From contig MU058824.1 in the NCBI GenBank assembly GCA_013265495.1, positions 4,181,111-4,245,110 of the forward strand: a stretch of 64,000 nt of DNA, written 5' to 3'. The notes under the pieces were generated by a model. The model made no database searches. It was not told where the DNA came from and saw nothing but the letters and a program-made list of their open reading frames with translations. A program made the position numbers and the translations under genes. Positions 13,455 to 26,880 of the stretch are shown one piece after another; the first letter of the stretch is position 1, and every line of letters begins with the position of its first letter. Source of the DNA: Vicugna vicugna. Its lineage: Eukaryota.

Positions 13455-14952
13455 TTTCTTTTTCTATTTTTTAATTGAAGTATAGTTGATTAACAATGTT
13501 GTGTTAGTTTCTGGTTTACACAGTGATCTCGTTTTATTTTTTTTTTTTCATATTCTTTTCAATATAGGTTATAAGATACTGAATATAGCTCCCTGTGCTA
13601 TAGAGTATGACTTTGTTGTTTACTTGTTTTATATATAGTAGTTAGTATCTGCAAATCCTGAACTCCCAACTTATCCCTCTCCACCCCCTTTCCCCCCTGG
13701 TAACCGTAAGTTTGTTTTCTATGTGAGTCTGTTTCTGTTTTGTAATTATTAATTAATTTATATCTCTCTGGTTTTTGTTTGTTTGTTTTAGATTCCATAT
13801 ATAAGTGATATCATACGGAATTTTGCTTTCTCCCCCTGGCTTACTTCACTTGATATGATAATCTCTGGGTCCATCCATGTTGCTGCAAATGGCAGTATTT
13901 CATTCTTTTTCATGGCTGAGCAGTATTCTATTGTATATGTATACTACATCTTATTTATCCCCTCTCTGCTGATGGACGTTTATGTTGCTTCCATGTCTTG
14001 GCTACTGTAAATAGTGCTGCTGTGAACATTGGGGTGCATATAACTTTTTGAGTTTCCTCCGGATATGTGCTCAGGAGTGGGGTTATTGGATCAGAGAGTA
14101 AGTCTATATTTAGTTGTTTTTTTTTTTAACATTTTTTATTGATTTATAATCATTTTACAATGTTGTGTCAAATTCCAGTGTTCAGCACAATTTTTCAGTC
14201 ATTCATGGACATATACACACTCATTGTCACATTTTTATATTTAGTTGTTAAAGGAATCTCCATAGTGTTTTCCATAATGGCTGCACCAAACTACATTCCC
14301 ACCAACAGTTTAGAAGGGTTCCCTTTCTCCACACCCTCTCCAGCATTTATCATTTGTGGACTTTTTGATGATGGCTATTCTGACCAGTGTGAGGTGCTAC
14401 CTCATTGTAGTTTTGATTTGCATTTCTCTGCTACTTAGCGATATTGAGCATCTTTTCATGTGTCTGTTGGCCATCTGAATGTCTTCATTGGAGAAATGTT
14501 TGTTTAGGTCTTCTGCCCATTTTTGGTTTGCGTTGTTTGTTTTGTTACTGAGTTGTATAAGCTGTTTGTATATTTTGGAAATTAATCCCTTATTAGTTGC
14601 ATTACTTGCAAATATTTTAACCCATTCCATAATTTGGGAGGAAATTTTCGTTTAGTTTAGAGTTTCCTTGCTGTGCAAAAGGTTATAAATTTAATTAGGT
14701 TGCATTTGTTTATTTTTGCTTTTATTTTGCTTTTTATTTTTATTTTGCATTTTGTTTCTATTGTCTTGGTAGACTGACCTAGAAGAACATTGCTATGCTT
14801 TGTATCAGAGAATGTTTTGCCTGTGTTCTCTTCTAGGTGGTTTATGGTGTCTTGTCTTATATGTTTAAGTCTTTAAGCCATTTTGAGTTTATTTTTGTTT
14901 ATGATGTGAGGGAGTGTTCTAACTTCATTGATTTACATGCAGCTGTCCAGCT
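13455..14952 (-). mobile_element. L1 3' fragment (about 1.4 kb plus a nested insert)
   Basis: ORF2 C-terminal remnant ([11 protein letters not shown]...[11 protein letters not shown]...EMQIKTTMR, 14397-14630) plus 3' UTR. Confidence 0.92.
14119..14235 (-). mobile_element. Ultra-short young L1 3' terminus nested in the older L1
   Basis: Poly-T plus L1-like terminal sequence; exact 14-bp TSD tatatttagttgtt at 14105-14118 and 14236-14249. Confidence 0.85.
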
Positions 14953-17437
14953 AATATTTCTCACAATAAAAGAGCCATGTACTTAAATTTTAATCATACT
15001 GTTCTCAATTATACTATTTGAATCTACATTGTTTATATTGTTTGTATGTCTCTCAGTGTCCTCTGACTTCTAGTTCTAATTTGGAATGATTGCTTTTCAG
15101 ACCTGCAGTGCTGCCATCATCCTGGGATTTCTTTTCATTGCGCTTCTGGGTTACTTCTGTTTATTACATCATATGTATATCTCCTCAAGTGAAAGAGAGA
15201 ACATGCACATGCAGTCAATCAACTAAATTTTTTTGAATGGATATGTGAGAAGCAACTTTGAATCTGTATACATCTGGCAAGTTCTTTGTTTTTGCCCCTA
15301 TACTAGATTAATAGTTTGGCTGGAATATAAAACTAGGTTCAACATTGTTTTCCCTCAGAGCACTTGAGCATCTTTTGTTTTCTCTGGGAAGTCTAATTCT
15401 AATCTAATTCCTATTTCTTTGTAGGTTACTCTCTGTTTCTTTTTCTGGAGACTATGAGGATTTTTTTTTGAGTTCCTTAAAGTATAAAATTGATAAGGAA
15501 TATGATGAAACCATGTAGTAAACTAACTTTTTTAAATGTTTCCCTGTCTTTATCAAGTATGGTTTCCTACTACTTTGAGTGAAAAAGTACGACTTATTAC
15601 CGTAGTACTGATGAATAGCTCACTTCCACTTAATTCCCTTCACTTCCTAGTCTTTGTCTCCTCTTATACACTGAGAACCTTTTTCCAACAACTCAGAGAT
15701 GGGGAACTTTCTCAGTTTTCTTTATCTCCACTCTTAAAAGCAACACATTTGTTGTAAAATAAGAATATGCTAACCTGCGACTTGAAAATCAGTGAAAATA
15801 TGTAAAGGTTGGTAGGCTAAGTTTTTTCTGGTCTTTTTTATGGATCTGTGGCAGTCTCCTCCATTTTGGGCAGTGAATTTGTAGAATTCAAGTTCCATAT
15901 CTTAGCTTGCTTTAAGCTTTGCAGTATAGGATTATATGTATGAAAGCTAGTGATTATGATTTGTCACTAACATTTTGTACTTAAAGAAAGTCAATGTTAG
16001 ATAAATCTGTTTTACCAGATATGGAGATCACTTATTTCTAATGCTTGTGTTCAGTTGATGTATGAGTTTGTCAAGTGTTAGTTGTTCTGTCATTTTGTTT
16101 TATTCAGAATATCTAAATTTCAGTGACTGTTTTTTTAAGTTTGAGGATTATCAGAACATAACTGATTTTTTTAATTAAAATCAAGGGGTTAAAAACAAGT
16201 ATACTTTTAATAGCACCTAGATAAATCTAGGGAGAAAATAAGATTAGTGTGGTGAGGAAAGTAACAAGAGCATTTGTATATGGTTCTGAAAACTATTTTC
16301 TATTTTAGTTGCAGTGACAAATTTGGATCATAATCTTAAATATAGAAGGAAAAGGATATGGTGTTTTGAATATGTCTGCTAAATAATCTAGAGTGATCAG
16401 AAGTAAACATTTAGTAATTTAATTTATTCCTATCAGTTTAGTCAGTTTTGTTTTATATGCTTACATCTTAAAATCTAACACTGTATTATGTTGCCCCATA
16501 TGTTCTTTAACTAATATTAACATGTTTTTTTTGCTAGCAGCAGGTGCCAATCAAAAGTGCTCAAATAATTAGAATTTGCAGGAGTAGATTGGAGATGGGA
16601 GAGGTTCTGTTAGAAAACACACAGCCCTCTAATTTATAATTTTGGCAGTTTAGTGAGACTCGATTGGAAAATTGAGTTGTGTGGGGAATCCTGGAGAGTT
16701 AATAATTTAGTTAAGCTATCCTCACCAATTTTACAGCTAGTAAGCAATGCTGGGACCCTTGAAAACTTGAGACTGTGCCTCTGTATTAACAGGTGTAGGT
16801 TTTGAGTTATCCACTACTTACCTGATCAACCTGAAACTCTCTAAAATGGCTTTGCCAAAATGCTGTGATATTCTAATTAAGAACTGATGTACTAGGTCAG
16901 CTGACTTTTTTTCTGTTTTATGTAATTCTTAGTTTGTTCACGTAACCTTAATTAATAAATGTGATGTCCTTAAACAACAGGAATACGTAGGCAGACAGGT
17001 GTGATTTAGAATCAAATCAAAGGCTTATTTAAATTATACCCTCATGAATAGATCTCTCAGCTGAGACCTGATGCTTAAAAGAGTAACTATTAACTGATGG
17101 GAGAGCGTAGTAGAATTTCTCAGTCGAATTGAAGTTTTAGAGAGATGGTCAAATACCATACAATTGCTTATTGCCTTATTGTGTACCTTGTATTTGTTAC
17201 CTGATGAATTTTATGATGAGTTTTAAGAAACAGTTAACTTTTCATTTGATACTGTTTGCTGTACATCTCCCTTTCACACTCCACCCCATTCTTCACATTT
17301 TTTAAAGGTAATTTAATTTGAATTGATAGTGTATATTTTACCTCCTTTAGGGTAAACATAGACACTCATGCATTTAAACAGTAATGCAAAATTCTTAAAA
17401 GGTCTTATTCAGTTGACTGATTTTGTTGCATTGGCAG

Positions 17438-17631
17438 AGTGAAGATAGTCCAAGTCCCAAGAGACAGCGCCTCTCTCATTCAGTCTTTGATTATACATCA
17501 GCATCACCAGCTCCCTCACCACCAATGCGACCATGGGAGATGACATCAAATAGGCAGCCCCCTTCAGTTCGACCAAGCCAACATCACTTCTCAGGGGAAC
17601 GATGCAACACACCTGCACGCAACAGAAGAAG
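17438..17631 (+). CDS. RNF38: RNF38 coding exon 3 (194 nt; SEDSPSPKRQRLS...MRPWEM...PARNRR)
   Basis: ttggcag acceptor; AG|gttagt donor; basic NLS-like PKRQR; internal in-frame ATG at 17525. Confidence 0.97.
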
Positions 17632-18348
17632 GTTAGTTGGTTACAGTTACTTACTAAATTTTTGTTTATTGGTAGATATGTGAGGCTTTTTTTTGTTAAC
17701 ATCAGAAAGCATTCTTTCTTTAGGTGTTTTATAAACATACCAACACCTTTGTACTTGTACACACACGCACAAGCAACAACATCATAAGTTGTAGGCTTCT
17801 ACACTAGATCATGAGAGTTTATTCAGCTTGTCAATGACAGATGAAGAAATTGAAAGAGACTAAAGTGATTTACCTAAAATCAATCCATGCCATTATATAT
17901 GAATTTATGGTTTAAGACTTTGTGGGTAGCTTTCAATCCTGATTAGAAAAATGCATTTTATAGTTTACAACTGTAAGGAAATATGGAAGTCTTAGAAACA
18001 AGCAGCCTCTTCTCCTCCCTTGTTAGAAATGAATACCATCTTCTCCACCCCATTCCTATTCCTTCTGTGGTCTCTAAGGCAACTGGGAGGTTTCTTATAA
18101 AATTGTGGAGCCTGTAATATGAAGAGAGAAGTTTAGTTTAACTTTCAGTCCTCTCTTCCTTATGAGACTTGGCCATTGCCTTTCTTTCCCAAGGGAATAC
18201 ATTTCCTGAAACTGCTTCCTCCTTAGTTGTTCCCTCAGATCATACCTTTCTTCTTCCAAGGAAATAGTGCCTCTGTGGAGTGAGGACATACTTACTTGTT
18301 CAGGATGTTGATAATCTAAGAAATACTGATAATGTTGAGCTAGGAAGA

Positions 18349-18652
18349 TGTTATGGACTGAATATTTGTGTCTCCTGGAAATCCATATATTGATGCCCTA
18401 ACCCCAAGTCTGGATGTATTTGGAGATGGAGCCTCTAAGGAAGCAACTAGGATTGAATGAAATCCTAAGGATGAGGCCTTGATCCAAAAGGATTAGTGTC
18501 CTTGTAAGAGGAAACACCAGGAAGAGAGCTCTCATCAGAAACCAGCCTTGATTTTGGACATTGAGTCTCCAGATATATGAGAAAATAAATTTTTATCATT
18601 TAAGCCACCCAGTCTGTGGTATTTTGTTAGGGCAGCCTTAGTAAACTTACAC
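18349..18652 (+). mobile_element. ERVL-MaLR LTR (MLT1A-like)
   Basis: tgttatggactgaat...gtatttggagatgg...aataaattt...taagccacccagtctgtggtattttgtta. Confidence 0.8.
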
Positions 18653-20624
18653 TGAACAGATCTTAAAACTCATCATTCATTGTTCCAGATGAAACAAGAT
18701 AAACCTATTCCTGAGCTATATTCTGTTGAGATGCCAAGACTTTTAAATTTCTGGTACATTATTACCTAATTATATGGGAATGTTTAATGTTATGCCAACT
18801 AGGTAAACTATTTAATAGCATTGAGGAAATATGGTTGATTGTTTCAAGGTGATAGCTGGAACACCTGCTGTAATCTTTCCTATTATTTTATGATGAAATG
18901 TTCCATACATTTCAGGAGAACATGTACAACAAAAGGAGTGTACGCAACACCTAGGTTACAATAGAACATCAAAAGTTTTCCTTCTCCTTTATAGAGGATA
19001 AACCCTATTTATCATTTCCTTGATATGTATGTATTCTAAAACTATGAATGTATTCTAAAACAATATAATTCTAGTTTTTTGCCTATTTTAGTTCATTTAA
19101 GTGTATTCTTTGACTTTGTTTTTCTAAACAGTTCAATGTGGGTAAATCATTTATTTTTACTGTGTTATCTTTCATTATATTAATGTACCATAATTTATCC
19201 ACCTACTGTTAGGTAATGGTTATGCCCAGTTTCTTACTATTATGAAAAGAGTGCTATTAGGAACCTTTATATACACACCTCTTGGTGAACATGTACAACG
19301 TTTATTAGGATATAAGCCTAGGAGTACAACTGCTAGGTCATAGGAAATGCTCTGGACCAGAAAGAGAATGTCAGGGGGTCTGTTCTAGATGATAATGGTA
19401 ACTAGCTATGGGTTCCCAAATTGAAGAGAAGCATCATGCCCTGCCCTGTATTCATGGGAACACAAAGGAGAGATAGGGAGCACTTACCTAGAAAACTAGC
19501 TGCAGGTTTACTGTGCCCAGCACTGTATGTTATTCCTTGCTCCATTCTTACTTTATTATATACTAGATAAAAGCTGCCAGATTTTCTACCAGAAGCAAGC
19601 TTTATAAGCAGATGCAGTATTCAGCAATAGTCTTGCATAATTTCAAATACAAAGATGAGTACACCAGGAAATTACCAAACATTTGAGGAAAGGTAAAAAC
19701 ATTTGAAGGGCACTAAAACTCAAGAAAACAAAGAATTTGAAGAAACAGTTAATAGGATAAACAAAATAGAATTTTAGAATAAGTGTAACATGAGAGAGAT
19801 GCAAGAGGGGATTATTATATCCATAAAGTCAACTGAAAATCTTACTTGGTAAAATTAATAAATGGGCAGAAAAAGTATCTTGGTCTCTGAAAAATCAAGT
19901 GGAGGAATTTCCCTAGAACATAGTATAAAAAGGCAAAATGGAAGATGTAGAAAAGAAGTTTAAATATAGACATACATCAGTTCTAAGTATGTGTAATCAT
20001 ATTTCCAGACAGGGACAATAAAAGGGAATAGTTTTTACAGAAGTAGTACAAAATCACTTTTAAGAATTAAAGAAAGACTGTTAGAAAGTAAGATTGTGGT
20101 GGGATTTCAGACAATATACAAAGAATAAATAAAAAATTCACAGATATCTCAAGATAGAAAGCTGACTTATCATTTAAGTGTAAAGCCAAAATATAAAAGC
20201 ATTTCAAACATTTAAAGTTGATCAATAAGAGAGTTTCTCTGAAAGAATTATTAAATATTGTACTCTATCTAGGAAGTAGAAGAATAAATAGGATTCAAGG
20301 CCATTTGGTTAGCAAAGGAAGCAAAAAAGACAGACTGCCAAGTCTGAATGAAGGTCTATTTAAAAAGGAAAAAACAGAGAATACCTGAACATAAAATGGA
20401 AACACAGCAGAGAGAAGTTAAGGAAAAGTACAATCTAGATGTTTTTAGAAAAATTGAAGTTTTTGATTAAAAATTTAAGTAGTCACTAGAAAAATTGAAC
20501 TGGAATGTATGGCTTCTACACAGTGAAACAGATAGACAACTTACATAGAAAACTCAGTTCAACAAATGGCAGGTAAGTGAGGCCAGGGGGAAATAGCTTT
20601 GTGCTTTTTACAAATGATACACCT

Positions 20625-20731
20625 GGTGGGTGGGTATTGCTCAGTGGCAGGGTGCATGCTTAGCATGCGTGAGGTTCTGGGTTCAATCCCCAATACCTCT
20701 GTTAAAAATAAAATAACTTTCTTTTAAAAAG
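20625..20731 (+). mobile_element. tRNA-derived SINE (Vic-1-like)
   Basis: A/B boxes; TSD tgatacacct at 20615-20624 and 20732-20741. Confidence 0.88.
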
Positions 20732-21289
20732 TGATACACCTAAAACAAAGTGACAAAATAATATCAACTGAAGTCAAGTGAAAGTCATCTGAAAGAAAGA
20801 TTTGTTCATCTTTTGTTACTATTTCTTATTTCTAGATTTTCCAGTAATTCTGCTTTCTAAATGTTATACTTCAATGACACACATACCAGGTTTAATGAGA
20901 GGAAGTACAGGAAAGACCGGGACCGAAAGTGTCAAGAAATTTAACATGTCAGCATGAGGACTTGGATCTCAATTTGTGTTAAGTTTGAGTTACTGAAATT
21001 GTGTTTGAGTAAGGAAGTAAGAGCAAGAGACACCAATAGAATAAAACAGTATTAGAAAGGGCCTTTAATGCTTGTGGACAGATTGAGTGTTTTTCAGGAG
21101 ATTTGTGATCTGGGCATATTTTCTATTTTGATTTTAAGGTGCACATTTTTCCATATCTTAACATCTAATAGACTAAATTGATGGTATATTATAGTCTATA
21201 ATTGGCAGCTTTTCCCTTTTTAGTGGTATATAAAACAGTCTAAAATATTTGTACAGATATAAAGATATGTTACCTGCATATACATGAGC

Positions 21290-22370
21290 TAGTACACATA
21301 GCTAAATTTTCTTGTTCTGTTCTCTTAGACTAGAAGTAGTGAGCACACTTAACTTCTAAACACCATTCTGCAGTTAAAGGAACCAGGACTTTTTAGAGAA
21401 CTAGTTAATTCCAGAATTGGTTAGGGAAAATACAGGATGAGCCTAGAGCATATTGTGGTGCCATATATTAAGGAAGTGCGTGAAAGGGCCAAACTAAAAG
21501 GGCTCCCATTGTACAAAGTTGAAACAGTTTGAACAACAAAATAAAACAATAGTGTGGATTATAACTTAAAAGAATAAAATAAATCCATGAGCCCATTCTC
21601 ATTATAAATAACTGAATAAACAAATAAATAGGAGAGAAGGGACAACTGTCCTTATAGAATTCCAATTAATACATGTGGAAGAAATGAGGGGAGTAGAAAA
21701 TCACCATTAGAATATCATAATAGTGATTGCTGAAGATCCATTAATGCATACTAATGTTACTCTCAAAACTTTCAGCAGAAGCAGAGTATTTGCATGATCT
21801 CAAAGTATCTCCCCCCAGATATTTGGTAATTACATAGGGAAGAATGGTGGTTTTTTTAGTAGAGGGTCTTGGCAGAAACTAGTTTAGCCAAGTGATCAGT
21901 CATATACATATGCACCAGTGATGCATATTGATGTCATATGCCTTTTGATACAGTGCACTGAAAGGGGCATAGCGCCTCTGTAATATCCTTTCCAGTAATA
22001 TATAGCCTCATGCAGATCATGAGAAAACATCAGACAAACCCAGGTTAAAGGACATTTTGCAGAGTAAATAATGTCTTAAGAGATATCAATGTCATGAAAG
22101 ACAGGGAAGGACTGAAGAACTGTCAGGCTGGAGAAGATGAAGGAACCATGACAACTGTCCTCCACTGGATTCTGAGACGGTGAGGAAATGGCATTGGTGG
22201 AAAAACCAGTGAAGTCAGAATACATTCTGTTGTTTAATTAAGTATGATACCAAGATTTATTTCTTAATTTTGATAATTTTTCTATTCTTATGGAAGAGAT
22301 CAACATGAAGGAAAGCTGGATGAGGGGTATAGAAAAACCATATGAAAATCATCTCAAAACATTAAAAAAG
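21290..22370 (+). mobile_element. Old L1M (L1MC/ME-like) 3' region
   Basis: Diverged L1M 3' UTR motifs (aaaggaaccagg...gagaaaacatcagacaaaccc...gaagctggatgagggg); boundaries approximate. Confidence 0.6.
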
Positions 22371-23583
22371 TGAGTTCTAAGGTGGATGGCATCTGAAATT
22401 CAATGAAATACAACATGTAGGTTTCGAAGGAGAAATGCAAAAAAGAGATGCTTGAAGTAAAGATAGATAAAGCAATGAATGGAGCTGAAACCTGGGGGAT
22501 GGTATTAAGAGCACTATTGAGGAATTAATGTCACAGAGGGGATGTCCCTTGTTCTCTTTAAGACTGGGCAGTTGGGGGTGAGAAGAAACAGATTTGGAGG
22601 TACAGAGTGCAACAATTAAGGGAGAGGTGACCTGTCCTCAGTAAGGACTGCTGAGTTGGCTGTTTGCAGCTGTGTCTAGAAGGGTACATGCAACTTGGCT
22701 TCTTTAGCCCAATGTGGAGTACATTTTTAATGATACCTGCTGCTTTTTCCGGTTGTTATTGGCGCTGAGCCATTGTAGAAAGCAGTGGAGCTGAATTGTG
22801 GGTTAAGTGGAAAATGGAAGTCTACTCACAATAACAACTGGTTAAAATTTGTGTTAAACTGTGCAGATGATGAATATATGGGGAATAAAAGTGGTTTCCT
22901 TAAATAAATAGATTCTACCTAAAAATTCTGTGTATTAGAATATTAATGCTGATGCTATCTTGTAATCTTGTAATCATTTCCATTCTCAGCATTTATCAAT
23001 TACTGATTATTTACAGTTGTCAGCGGATTAAATGTTCTTCAGTTATTTCATGCATTTTTACTCTTTTTTTTTTTTTTGTCATTTTGGGCATATAGAAGCT
23101 GTGCCTTTCTGTATGTCTTAGCCAAATAGACAAACATAAAGTGCCCATTAGGCATATGTGGATTACTGGCAAGATACATGCAGATGAAAATCTGTCATAT
23201 AATACTTATAAAGGAAGCAAAATAATAGGTTAAGTCATACGAAGTTATTGATATTTGACCATGTTTTGCCTGTAAAAAGGCAGTTTCATGCAATTAAACC
23301 CCCTCCCAAAAAATGACAGTTGTTCGCTGTTGATTTCTAAATACTCTCAGAGTTGAATACCAGTTTTGTTTTCTTCTGCTGTTGTTTTTTTAAAAAACAT
23401 ATACATTCTATTTAAATTTGTAAGTGGTTAGAGCTAATGATGGTGAACCATGGCAATTATTTAGTACTCAAGCTTACCTTAGCATTTACTATTGATGGAC
23501 TGCAAAGAGAAACAATACAAAATCCTAATGGATCACAATAGTAAACATTATAAAACTTTTTTGACTTTTTTGCTATATTACAG

Positions 23584-23797
23584 TCCTCCTGTCAGGCGCC
23601 AGAGAGGAAGAAGGGATCGTCTGTCTCGACATAATTCCATAAGTCAAGATGAAAACTATCACCATCTCCCTTATGCACAGCAACAAGCAATAGAGGAACC
23701 TCGAGCCTTCCACCCTCCGAATGTATCTCCCCGTCTGTTACACCCTGCTGCTCATCCACCCCAGCAGAATGCAGTGATGGTTGACATACACGATCAG
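23584..23797 (+). CDS. RNF38: RNF38 coding exon 4 (214 nt; PPVRRQRGRRDRL...VMVDIHDQ)
   Basis: ttacag acceptor; CAG|gtatag donor; completes the split Ser codon from exon 3 (194+214=408). Confidence 0.97.
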
Positions 23798-26774
23798 GTA
23801 TAGTAACAGAATGTCCAGGAAATACAGATACTAAATGTTGGTAGCAGTTTATTGAGGTTGATGGGGTTTTTTGTAAATTTCTTTTCATCTTACCTAAAAG
23901 GAGACAGTTTTACCAAAAATGAAGCTATTTTAGAAAAGTTCATCATTCTTCATTGAGGATTGAAATTGGAATTCTACACAGCTTCCTTAAAAGAAAGTTG
24001 AACTTCAAAAAATGAGAACCAGTGTTATGAAAGTGACTTCTTTGTAATAGTTGGTTTGAAATGATTGATATAGGATTAATGGATATCAGACAGCTGGTGG
24101 TTTGAATATATATTCCTGTCTCCCTCTCCCTTCCAGTTTCTTCTGGAATAATTCAGTAGGCAAGACAGTTTGGTGCATCTTTGCTTACATGTTTCCCTAG
24201 GTCTCCAAGGAGATGACAGGTACAGAGCTTCATTTTTCTCTGTTCTTGACAGGAACTGAGGGACTAGGTAAGAGGAGGGCTTGCCAGTCTTCAGAGCGTG
24301 AGACTAAAATTCTGTTATTTGAGGTCAAAAGAGACACAAATTTAGACATATTCTTATAAAGTTGCTGGGTTTAGGGATGAGGAAAGAATCTTCCAAGTTT
24401 ATAGATAGAAGAAATTACAAAGGGTAAGAGGCTCAGACTAGCATTCAGTTTTTCATCTACTGCATTGTATGATAGAAAACAGCGAAAGTACCGTATACTG
24501 ACAGTTGAAAGAAAATAAGATCTTGCCCAGACACCATTGTTTTGTCAGCCATGTTCTCTTTATGGTAATGAAACACTTTTTAAAAATTTGATCACATAAT
24601 TTATAAAAAGAAAAGTTTTTCCAGACCACATTCTTTGTGGTTACAATCTGCTAAAACTAAAAATTCTAAGTAAAAAAAAAATTTTTTTTAAATTGACACT
24701 GAAATATTTGAGGCAAGATTATAAAGGAAAAATCATATCATGGTCTGTAGGACATGCCAAAGCTATTTGCCAAGAAAATTTTATAAACCTTCAATATCTA
24801 TTTTAAACTTTGAAAATAAATGAACTAATTATTTGAGTGATTAGGAGGGGAAATTGCAGAGTCAACCAAAGGGAATTGAGGTGAGTAAATTAGCAGGAAA
24901 AACAACTAAAATTAATTATACAAAAATCTATTTTTTTAAGAAAGAAGTAGCACAAAGAAAACCTAATCTTGATGCTTTGAAAAGTTGGTAAGTATGGCAC
25001 ACCTCTTGTGAACTTGGTTAAGGAAAAAAGAACAAATGTAAAGAAGAGTAGGAATGATTTAAAAAAAAAATCCACATGTGGGAACCATTCAAAGAATTTG
25101 TTATTGTAAAACAAAAATAACACCTATTTCATAATGGATGTTGAAAGAATTAAGAGTTAATCCCTTTTGAGCACTTAAACTAGTACAAGTAGTAACTGCT
25201 TAAATACTGCTTCATTATTAACTAGTATAATGAAATTCTGTATATAACCCTGGGAGGGGGACAAAAGAAAACTTAAAATTGACCCAAGAATATAGGGAAG
25301 TTTGAATTAGCACAGTAGTGTAGAAAGCTAATCAGATACTTTCCATTGAAAAGGCACAGTGATCAGATGACTTCACAGCTGTTTTTTCTAACCTTCAGGG
25401 AACATTCGTTTTAACCATACACAAAGAATTCTAGTTTTTTAAAAAGCCAACTCTCTATTTTGTGAAATCAGCATAATTGTAATACCAGAAGCAAACAAGA
25501 ATTCCCCAAAAACCTCCATAATACGTAGGAAGAATTTCTAAATAGATGTTTAGAAAATACAAATATAGCACCATATCAAGAGTAAAACTATGACCAAATA
25601 AGATCTATTCCAAGTAAGAGAGGATAGTTTAATATGAAAATTATACCACATCAGCAAATAATAGAAGGTAAACCATCTGATTATAATTAAAAGATGTTGA
25701 AAGTCAGTTAAAATTTAATAAAAATGCTAATAAAATAGCGGAAGAAGGAAATTGTTTAATTATAATAAATAAAGCTAACAGCAAGTACTCTAATCTGTGA
25801 GTGACAAAATCAACAACTAGAGAGACGCTTGCTCTGTCCATTTTTGTTTAATGTTGTAAGTACTACTAAATGCATTAAGGTATTGTGATGGATATAAAAC
25901 AGAAGAAATTATTGTATCTTTCTCTTCATTGTTTAATTGTAGTAGAAGAAAACACAAGAGATTCTAGTTTGAAAGAATTTGATAACAGTGCCTAAATGCA
26001 CATTAAATGTACTGAAAGCAATAACTTAATGTCAGTCAGCTGATGAATAGATGCAATATGGTATATCTATACAATGGAGTATTATTCACTCAAAAGTAGC
26101 GAAGTACTAACTCATGGTACACCATGGACTAACCTTGAAAATATGCTAAGTAAAAGAAGGCAGTCACAAAAGGCCACAGATTGATTGTATACCATTTATA
26201 TGAAATGTCTAGAAGAGGCAAATCCACAGACACAAAGTAGGAGTAAAATGATTGCTTATCATTAGCACAGTAGTAGAATAAATTATGATACCTTCATACC
26301 ATGGAATGTAACTATTACAAAGAATTAGAATTATGTCAGGAATGTGAGCAATACCTGCAAGATACTGTTGAGCAGGAAAAGAATGAGAGAAGTGTTAATG
26401 TCTCATTTTGTAAAAACATGATTAAATATATGTGTATACATTGGACACTGAACACAAAGGAGAATATGGAGAAATGTGTACTAAGCTGGATGGGGTGGGT
26501 GCTAAAGTGAAGGGAAAGGGAAGGTAGGTAGAGATGGAACCAAAGAAAGAAAAGGTGAAAAGACTTTATTTCAGAAAAGGTGATGTCTTATTTCTGTAGA
26601 ATTACTTACTGGCTCTATGTATTGAGAAATGAAGCAATTGCATATGTAAATACTAGAAGAATGTAATTGATAGAAAACCTGAACAGGCAAATAGCTGTGG
26701 CAGAAATTGAAGGCAAAATAAAAAACCTTTCTTTAGAAATTATATCTGATTTCTGTCTAACCTTTAAAGAACTA

Positions 26775-26880
26775 AATAAGAAAATGAATATATGTATGTA
26801 TATGCATGACTGGGATATCGTGCTGTACACCAGAGATTAACACATTATAATTGACTGTACTTCAATTTTAAAAAATTAAA
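26775..26880 (+). mobile_element. Short L1 3' terminus
   Basis: gcatgactggga...gctgtacaccaga...tgtacttcaat matches the end of the L1 at 36069-36626. Confidence 0.75.

Noticed and set aside
14397..14630. ORFs resembling reverse-transcriptase protein C-termini (also 28818-29003, 58453-58689, 59252-59446)
   Set aside because: Broken L1 ORF2 remnants in 5'-truncated elements
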